Source: Burkholderiales bacterium
Lineage (GTDB): Bacteria; Pseudomonadota; Gammaproteobacteria; Burkholderiales; JACQAP01
Length of the DNA stretch: 64,000 bases
NCBI GenBank assembly: GCA_046155535.1
Contig: JBJXFN010000061.1
Span: forward strand, 1,540 to 65,539
Direction: 5' to 3'
Shown: one piece after another, positions 57,933 through 64,000 of the stretch
Layout of the letters: every line of letters starts with the position of its first letter
How positions within the stretch are numbered: position 1 is the first letter of the stretch
Made by a program: the position numbers and the translations under genes
Notes under the pieces: model-generated
Told to the model about the DNA's origin: nothing
What the model saw: only the letters and a program-made list of their open reading frames with translations
The model's database searches: none

Positions 57933-58210
57933 TCCGCCTGAACTTGATGCTGGCGGCGGTGCTGATGGTGTGTGCACTGGCGTTGGTGACTTCGCGGCAC
58001 CAGGCGCGCAATTCCTTCGTAGGGTTGCAGAAGCAGCAGGACCAGGCCAGACAGCTCGAAGTGGAGTTCGGACAGCTTCAGCTCGAACAAAGTACCTGGG
58101 CGATGCAGTCTCGTGTAGAAAAAATTGCGTCCAACAGCTTGCACATGCGGGTGCCTGCGGTTGAACGTGTCCGACTGGTTCCTCCCCCACCCGCGCTGAC
58201 CAAACCATGA
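57929..58210 (+). CDS. ftsL: Cell division protein FtsL
   Basis: ATGA overlap with rsmH. 93 aa with a TM helix ([17 protein letters not shown]) followed by a coiled coil ([14 protein letters not shown]). Its position in the dcw cluster fits. Confidence 0.88.
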   Translation: MIRLNLMLAAVLMVCALALVTSRHQARNSFVGLQKQQDQARQLEVEFGQLQLEQSTWAMQSRVEKIASNSLHMRVPAVERVRLVPPPPALTKP

Positions 58211-58500
58211 CCACTGTTCCCGGTCCGGCATCCTGGCGAAACCTGTCCTCTGGACAGTCTTCCGCCACCGGACGCGGCGGGGCAGTGGCGTTGTACGCGT
58301 TTGGCGGCGCGGGCTTTTTTAATTATTTGCATGCGATGACTTGCGCAGAGGGTTCCTCCCCCACCCGCGCTGTCCAGACCCTGCCGAAATTGCCCGGTCC
58401 GATTGTGTCGGACCGGGCCCGGCACACGCGTTTGGCGGCGCGGGCTTTTTTTGGCGCAATCCGGCGGCGGGATTTGTCGGGGGTGCCTCCCCCCTGCGCA
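58177..58500. repeat. Repeat/hairpin-rich insertion between ftsL and ftsI (duplicated ftsL 3' end plus duplicated GC-rich/T-tract module)
   Basis: GGTTCCTCCCCCACCCGCGCTG occurs at 58177 (inside ftsL) and again at 58351, with a degenerate third copy (GGTGCCTCCCCCCTGCGC) at 58482. ACGCGTTTGGCGGCGCGGGCTTTTTT occurs at 58295 and 58426. A perfect 10-bp hairpin, CCCGGTCCGA-TTGTG-TCGGACCGGG, lies at 58393-58417. Confidence 0.8.
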
Positions 58501-58511
58501 TTATTGGAGCC

Positions 58512-60242
58512 ATGAAACCCTTGCAGAATCCGGCTTTGTCGGTGCGCCTGCCCGTGTGGCGGGCGCGCTTCCTTCTGCTCCTGGTGATGTTCGGATTCGT
58601 GATTCTGGCGGCGCGGGCGTTCTACCTGCAAGGCATGCACCGCGGTTTTCTGCAGCAGAAAGGGGAAACCCGATACGCACGCATGGTGGAAATTTCCGCA
58701 TATCGCGGGCGTGTGACGGATCGCTTCGGCGAACCTCTGGCGCTCAGCACGCCGGTCGAGTCGGTTTGGGCTGTTCCATCGGATGCTGCGCTGAGTCCGC
58801 CACAGCGGATGAAACTTGCGCGGGCGCTCCGGGTGGATGCGCAGGATTTGCGCAAGCGTCTATCGGACAATCGTCGGGATTTTGTGTACTTGAAGCGCCA
58901 GTTACCGCCGCAACAGGCCGCTAGGGTGGTGGAACTCGATCTGCCCGGGGTGTTCCTGCAGCGCGAGTACCGTCGTTACTACCCGGCAGCGGAAGTCAGC
59001 GCGCATGTGGTGGGATTCACGGGCGTGGATGACAATGGTCAGGAAGGCATCGAACTCGCTTATCAGGACATCCTCGCGGGCAAACCCGGAAGCCGTCGCG
59101 TCATCCAGGACCGGCGGGGTCGCGTGGTCGAAGACGTGGAAAGTATCCGCGCGCCCCAGCAAGGTGTCGAAGTCGCCCTGTCCATCGATCAGCGCATTCA
59201 GTATCTCGCCTTCCGGGAACTGAAAAATGCGATCGCACAGAACGAAGCCCGGGCGGGAAGCATCGTCGTGGCGGACGTGAACACTGGCGAAGTGCTCGCG
59301 CTGGCCAACTGGCCTTCCTTCAACCCGAACAATCGCGACACCTTGCAGACCGAACGCGCGCGCAATCGCGCAGTGGTGGATTTGTTCGAGCCCGGATCGA
59401 CTCTGAAACCCTTTACGATCGCCGCCGCTCTGGAAGCCGGGTTGGTCAGGCCAGGGAGCATGATCGATACTGAAGGCGGGCATTTTATGGTGGGCAATCG
59501 GGTGATTCGCGATGTCCATCCCGAGGGAATGCTGACAGTCTCCCAGGTGATCCAGAAGTCTTCCAACGTCGGCTCCGCCAAAATGGCGATGCGCCTGCCG
59601 CCGGCAAGTCTCTGGAACATGCTTTCCAATGTCGGCTTTGGTACGCAGACGCGGGTGGGATTTCCGGGAGAGGCAAGCGGTCGCTTGCGCCCCCACCAGT
59701 CCTGGAAACCGATCGAGCAGGCCACGATGTCCTACGGACATGGAATTTCGGTGAGCCTCATCCAGTTGGCACGGGCCTATTCTGTTTTTGCCACCGACGG
59801 CGAATTGATTCCCTTTACCTTGCTCCGTCGCACCGAATCTGCCGAAGGGCGTCGTGTGATGTCGGTGGCAACCGCAAGGGCCGTTCGAAAGATGCTGGAA
59901 TCCGTGACGCAGGCTGGCGGCACCGCGACCCGCGCACAAGTCGCCGGATTCCGTGTGGCAGGCAAGACCGGTACTGCGCACAAACTGGTGAGCGGCACCT
60001 ACGCCCCTGACCGTTACCTCTCTTCGTTTGTGGGATTTGCGCCGGCGTCGCAGCCGCGGTTGGTAATTGCCGTGTTGCTGGACGAACCCGGTGGCGAGCA
60101 TTACTACGGTGGTGAGGTGGCAGCGCCAGTATTTAGTACCGTGATGGCGGGCGCGTTGCGATTGATGGGAATAACTCCCGACGCAAGGCTCGATCAGGCG
60201 GTGGTGCCCCAGTCCGTTTCCGCGGCCGAGAAGAAGGCATGA
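58512..60242 (+). CDS. ftsI: Peptidoglycan D,D-transpeptidase FtsI (PBP3)
   Basis: GGAG lies 2 nt before ATG 58512. A TM helix (FLLLLVMFGFVILAA) is followed by RAFYLQ, a dimerisation domain, and the transpeptidase motifs STLKP (SxxK), SSN and KTGT. Confidence 0.93.
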   Translation: MKPLQNPALSVRLPVWRARFLLLLVMFGFVILAARAFYLQGMHRGFLQQKGETRYARMVEISAYRGRVTDRFGEPLALSTPVESVWAVPSDAALSPPQRMKLARALRVDAQDLRKRLSDNRRDFVYLKRQLPPQQAARVVELDLPGVFLQREYRRYYPAAEVSAHVVGFTGVDDNGQEGIELAYQDILAGKPGSRRVIQDRRGRVVEDVESIRAPQQGVEVALSIDQRIQYLAFRELKNAIAQNEARAGSIVVADVNTGEVLALANWPSFNPNNRDTLQTERARNRAVVDLFEPGSTLKPFTIAAALEAGLVRPGSMIDTEGGHFMVGNRVIRDVHPEGMLTVSQVIQKSSNVGSAKMAMRLPPASLWNMLSNVGFGTQTRVGFPGEASGRLRPHQSWKPIEQATMSYGHGISVSLIQLARAYSVFATDGELIPFTLLRRTESAEGRRVMSVATARAVRKMLESVTQAGGTATRAQVAGFRVAGKTGTAHKLVSGTYAPDRYLSSFVGFAPASQPRLVIAVLLDEPGGEHYYGGEVAAPVFSTVMAGALRLMGITPDARLDQAVVPQSVSAAEKKA

Positions 60243-61729
60243 ATGCCATGTCTACCATTTCCGATTCTCTTTCGGCAGGTTCGGGCACGAGTGATCTGCC
60301 GATGCCCGTTGTTAACGGACTTGCGCTCGACAGCCGGCAGGTCAGGCCCGGTGATCTTTTTCTTGCGTTTCCCGGTGAACAAGACGATGGCCGCCATCAC
60401 ATCGGGCAGGCCATCGCCGCGGGTGCTGGCGCGGTTTGGTGGGAGACGAGGGGATTTCACTGGGATCATTCCTGGCAGGTGCCCAATCTTGCCGTGCCCG
60501 ACCTTCGCCAGCGGGTGGGAGAAATTGCCAGCCGGTTCTACGGGGATCCCTCGCGCAAGTTGTGGATTGCCGGCGTGACGGGCACCAATGGCAAGACCTC
60601 CTGCGCACACTGGATCGCGCAGTCGATGAATCGTCTGGGTCGCCGCACTGCGCTGATGGGTACCTTGGGCGATGGATTTCCCGGACAGCTGAAAACCGCC
60701 CGGACCACAACGGCGGATGCGGTAACGCTGCATTCGCGTCTCGCGGAATACCTCCAGTCTGGTGCCAGCGGGTGCGTGATGGAAGTGTCTTCGCACGGTA
60801 TTCAGCAGGGGCGAATCAATAACACCGATTTTGACGTCGCCCTGTTTACCAATCTCTCCCGCGATCACCTGGATTATCACGGCACCATGGAAAACTACGG
60901 TGCTGCCAAGGCCAGGTTGTTTCACACGCCCGGGCTCAAACACGCGGTGGTCAATCTCGACGACAGTTTCGGTCGCAATCTGGCTGCTTCGATCGACCGC
61001 TCGAAGACCACGGTCTTCGGTTACGGCATGGGCGTGGGCGAAATTGCCGCGCACCGCCTGGACCTGTCCACTCGGGGACTCAATTTGGAAATCCGTACAC
61101 CCTGGGGTGCGGCCCAGATGGCAACTTCCCTGATTGGCCGATTCAACGCCAGCAATCTTCTCGGTGTATTGGGCGTGCTGATCAGCGCAGAGGTGCCATT
61201 GCGCGATGCTGTGGATGCGCTGTCGCAGGTCAAGCCGGTTCCTGGACGCCTGCAGACAGTGAGCCAGCCCGGCGCTCCATTGGTGGTGGTGGATTACGCG
61301 CACACCCCTGATGCACTGGAAAAAGTATTGCTCACCCTGCGTGATTTCCTGCGGGGCGAGGCGAGGTTGTTTTGCGTATTTGGTTGCGGCGGTGATCGCG
61401 ACCCGGGGAAACGATCGCTCATGGGTGAGGTGGCAACGCGTCTCTCGCATCACGTGGTGATTACCAGCGATAACCCGCGCTCGGAGAAGCCGCGTGCGAT
61501 TCTTGGTGACATTGCCACGGGCGCACACACGAACCACCAGATCGAGGAAGACCGTGCGCAGGCCATTGAGGATGCACTGCGCATGGCCAAGACTGATGAC
61601 GTAGTACTGATTGCTGGCAAGGGCCACGAAACCTATCAGGAAATCGACGGACGCAGATTGCCGTTCGACGATGTGGAAGTTGCGCGCGAAAGCTTGCGCC
61701 TGATTTGGGGAGACGGCGGTCATGCTTGA
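60239..61729 (+). CDS. murE: UDP-N-acetylmuramoyl-L-alanyl-D-glutamate--2,6-diaminopimelate ligase
   Basis: ATGA overlap with ftsI. GVTGTNGKTS...EVSSHG...DYAHTPDAL...GCGGDRDPGKR...TSDNPR (DNPR DAP-specificity motif). Confidence 0.93.
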   Translation: MNAMSTISDSLSAGSGTSDLPMPVVNGLALDSRQVRPGDLFLAFPGEQDDGRHHIGQAIAAGAGAVWWETRGFHWDHSWQVPNLAVPDLRQRVGEIASRFYGDPSRKLWIAGVTGTNGKTSCAHWIAQSMNRLGRRTALMGTLGDGFPGQLKTARTTTADAVTLHSRLAEYLQSGASGCVMEVSSHGIQQGRINNTDFDVALFTNLSRDHLDYHGTMENYGAAKARLFHTPGLKHAVVNLDDSFGRNLAASIDRSKTTVFGYGMGVGEIAAHRLDLSTRGLNLEIRTPWGAAQMATSLIGRFNASNLLGVLGVLISAEVPLRDAVDALSQVKPVPGRLQTVSQPGAPLVVVDYAHTPDALEKVLLTLRDFLRGEARLFCVFGCGGDRDPGKRSLMGEVATRLSHHVVITSDNPRSEKPRAILGDIATGAHTNHQIEEDRAQAIEDALRMAKTDDVVLIAGKGHETYQEIDGRRLPFDDVEVARESLRLIWGDGGHA

Positions 61730-63098
61730 CCTGGAGGGCGCCGCCAAAGCGATCGGTGCGCGAAGACTCGGCGCCAACCGGGAATTCCTGCGCGTGACCA
61801 CCGACAGTCGAGACGTGCGCGTTGGCGATTTGTTTGTGGGCCTGCACGGCGAGCGCTTCGATGGTCAGTTGTTTGCGGACCAGGCGTTGGCGCAGGGCGC
61901 CAGTGCGGTCATGGTGAAGGACGGGGCAAGCGTGAGTACCCCGGACGCGAGCGTGCTGGAAGTGCGCGATACCCGGATTGCACTCGGGCAACTCGCGGCA
62001 TTCTGGCGCAATCGATTCGACATTCCGGTGGCTGCGATTACCGGCAGCAACGGCAAGACAACGGTGAAAGAAATGCTCGCCGGCATTTTGCGTCAAGCAG
62101 CCGGCGAGGCGGGCGTTCTGGCCACGTCCGGGAACCAGAACAACGACATCGGCATGCCACTGACCCTGTTGGGGCTCCGGGCCGCGCATCGGTTTGCAGT
62201 GATTGAAATGGGCATGAATCATCTTGGAGAGATCGCGTATCTTTCCCGGCTCGCCCGACCCACGCTGGCCCTCATCAACAATGCAGGCACGGCGCATATC
62301 GGTGAATTGGGCTCCATGCATGCCATTGCCGAAGCAAAGGGCGAGATTTTCCAGGGACTGGATTCCGCCGGCGTCGCAGTGCTCAACAAGGATGACGTCC
62401 AGGCCGAATTTTGGCGCGGGTTGATCGGCAAGCGCGAAGTGATCAGTTTCGGCCTGGAAAATCCGGCCGACGTGTCGGCCCGCTATGAACTGACGGATTC
62501 CGGAACCTTGCTGACCGTGCGTGCAGGGCAGGGGCAATTCGTTTGCACCCTGGCGGTGCCGGGTTTGCACAATGTCCGCAACGCGCTTGCGGCGGCGACT
62601 GCGGCTTTGGCGCTGGGAATGCCGGCCGCGCAGATCGGAGCCGGCCTCGCTGCGTATCGCGGCATCAAAGGCCGACTGCAGACAAGACGTCATCGTTCGG
62701 GCGCCACGGTGATCGACGATTCGTACAACGCAAACCCGGATTCGATGCGGGCGGCCATTGCCGTGCTGGCGGGCTGCGCCGGCAACAAGACGCTGGTGAT
62801 GGGCGACATGGGAGAACTGGGCGAAAACGCCGAAGCGTTGCACCGTGCAATGGGCGAAGCCGCTCGCAGCGCAGGCATAAACCGGCTGTTCGCCCTGGGT
62901 GATTTGAGCGCCGCAACGGTGCGCAGTTTCGGGCCAGCCGGCCGTCATTTCGCGGACCTGGACTCCCTGGTGGCGGCGCTGTCCGCGATTCTCGACCGGG
63001 ACATGACGATCCTGGTGAAGGGCTCCCGCTTCATGGGCATGGAGCGCGTCGTGGCAGCCATCGGCACCACCAACGGCGAACCTGCGGGACACGTCTGA
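61722..63098 (+). CDS. murF: UDP-N-acetylmuramoyl-tripeptide--D-alanyl-D-alanine ligase
   Basis: TDSR.V..GDLFV.L.GERFDG...[12 protein letters not shown]...[11 protein letters not shown]...[10 protein letters not shown]...GDMGELG. Confidence 0.93.
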   Translation: MLDLEGAAKAIGARRLGANREFLRVTTDSRDVRVGDLFVGLHGERFDGQLFADQALAQGASAVMVKDGASVSTPDASVLEVRDTRIALGQLAAFWRNRFDIPVAAITGSNGKTTVKEMLAGILRQAAGEAGVLATSGNQNNDIGMPLTLLGLRAAHRFAVIEMGMNHLGEIAYLSRLARPTLALINNAGTAHIGELGSMHAIAEAKGEIFQGLDSAGVAVLNKDDVQAEFWRGLIGKREVISFGLENPADVSARYELTDSGTLLTVRAGQGQFVCTLAVPGLHNVRNALAAATAALALGMPAAQIGAGLAAYRGIKGRLQTRRHRSGATVIDDSYNANPDSMRAAIAVLAGCAGNKTLVMGDMGELGENAEALHRAMGEAARSAGINRLFALGDLSAATVRSFGPAGRHFADLDSLVAALSAILDRDMTILVKGSRFMGMERVVAAIGTTNGEPAGHV

Positions 63099-64000
63099 TG
63101 CTGCTTGAACTCACGCATTGGCTTGCGAACGACTTTCGCGTTTTCAACGTGTTCAACTACATCACGCTGCGCGCGGTATTCGCGACGCTGACGGCGTTGC
63201 TTATTTCCTTCATTGTCGGTCCGTGGATGATCCGCAGGCTCACGGCCTACAAGATCGGCCAGTCGGTCCGCGACGACGGCCCCCAGTCCCATCTTGCCAA
63301 GGCCGGCACGCCCACGATGGGTGGCGCACTGATCCTCATCTCCATCGCAATCACCACCCTGTTGTGGGCGGATTTGCGCAATCGCTACGTGTGGGTGGTG
63401 TTGCTTGTCACGCTCGGCTTTGGCATCGTGGGCTGGGTCGACGATTACCGCAAAGTCGTGCACCGCAATCCGAAAGGCTTGTCCGCGCGCGTCAAATTCT
63501 TCTGGCAGTCGGTGATCGGCCTCACCGCTGCGATTTATCTGGCGACTTCCTCGGTGGCGCCGGCCCAGACCGAACTGATCGTGCCGTTCTTCAAGCAGAT
63601 CGCCTATCCGATGGGCATCACCGGTTTTGTGGTGATGAGCTATTTCGTCATTGTCGGGACCAGCAATGCGGTCAATCTGACCGACGGACTGGATGGACTG
63701 GCGATTCTGCCAACCGTCATGGTCGGCAGCGCATTGGGCGTGTTCGCCTACGTGGCGGGCAACGCCATCTACTCCCGGTACCTGGGTTTTCCGTTGATTC
63801 CGGGGGCCGGGGAGCTCACCGTGGTTTGTGCCGCCATTGCCGGATCGGGCCTGGCCTTTCTCTGGTTCAACGCCTATCCCGCGGAAGTATTCATGGGCGA
63901 TGTCGGCGCGCTGGCCCTTGGTGCCGCGCTTGGGACGATTGCGGTGATCGTTCGTCAGGAAATCGTGCTGTTCGTCATGGGCGGGGTGTTTGTGGTGGAA
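63098..64000 (+). CDS. mraY: Phospho-N-acetylmuramoyl-pentapeptide transferase; 3' end runs off the right edge
   Basis: My own translation from ATG 63098 (overlapping the murF TGA) reads [38 protein letters not shown]...GTPTMGG...[13 protein letters not shown]...[11 protein letters not shown]. The frame is open to 64000 and absent from the ORF track because no stop lies in the window. Confidence 0.93.
   Translation, partial: MLLELTHWLANDFRVFNVFNYITLRAVFATLTALLISFIVGPWMIRRLTAYKIGQSVRDDGPQSHLAKAGTPTMGGALILISIAITTLLWADLRNRYVWVVLLVTLGFGIVGWVDDYRKVVHRNPKGLSARVKFFWQSVIGLTAAIYLATSSVAPAQTELIVPFFKQIAYPMGITGFVVMSYFVIVGTSNAVNLTDGLDGLAILPTVMVGSALGVFAYVAGNAIYSRYLGFPLIPGAGELTVVCAAIAGSGLAFLWFNAYPAEVFMGDVGALALGAALGTIAVIVRQEIVLFVMGGVFVVE

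Noticed and set aside
58177-58500. Whether the ftsL-ftsI repeats form a CRISPR array
   Set aside because: There are only two to three copies, the spacing is irregular (174 and 131 bp), the repeats are imperfect, and no cas genes are present. It is reported instead as a structured repeat insertion.
58341-58511. N-terminal extension of ftsI given by the ORF track (start at 58341)
   Set aside because: The extension is encoded by the repeat modules and is low-complexity. The canonical FtsI N-terminus (short cytoplasmic tail followed by a TM helix) begins at ATG 58512, which has a GGAG Shine-Dalgarno sequence.
60194-63092. Two long minus-strand ORFs (535 and 543 codons) across murE and murF
   Set aside because: They are antisense to unambiguous Mur ligase genes. 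The translations are Arg/Gly/His-rich with no domains. These are shadow ORFs.

Overview
High-GC chromosomal segment, probably from a betaproteobacterium. Supporting signs are two Bug/TctC-type binding proteins, the birA-coaX-SPOR triad, rsmI divergent from lpoA-yraN-SIS-dolP, and hupB-rnpB followed by a dcw cluster. Most of the window is ordinary housekeeping and catabolic DNA. Recognisable genes include acyl-CoA metabolism genes, glnS, pyrC, egtBD, a DsbD/thioredoxin envelope redox module, a PAS-GGDEF-EAL protein, and mraZ-rsmH-ftsL-ftsI-murE-murF-mraY at the right end. I found no CRISPR array, no rRNA or tRNA, no intact mobile element and no recognisable defence system. The only structured RNA gene I can support is RNase P RNA (rnpB). 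The unusual items are listed below.
1. An Mla/MCE-type operon carries a 162-aa ABC-domain remnant in the ATPase slot; it lacks Walker A and has altered catalytic motifs.
2. A 300-bp repeat- and hairpin-rich insertion lies between ftsL and ftsI. It duplicates the ftsL 3' end and is exactly spanned by an ORF with ATGA junctions at both ends.
3. Two divergent paralogous secreted proteins of unknown function sit on opposite strands around a 5.8-kb block.
4. A family of roughly 120-bp intergenic inverted-repeat (REP/MITE-like) elements is built from CACAGAG-type modules.
5. A lower-GC rearrangement scar holds an IS91-family transposase fragment and a possible kinase N-terminal fragment.
6. Gene decay is visible as an in-frame TGA in a Bug gene and a 5'-truncated SMP-30 fragment.
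All functional calls come from reading the translations by eye. No database search was run.
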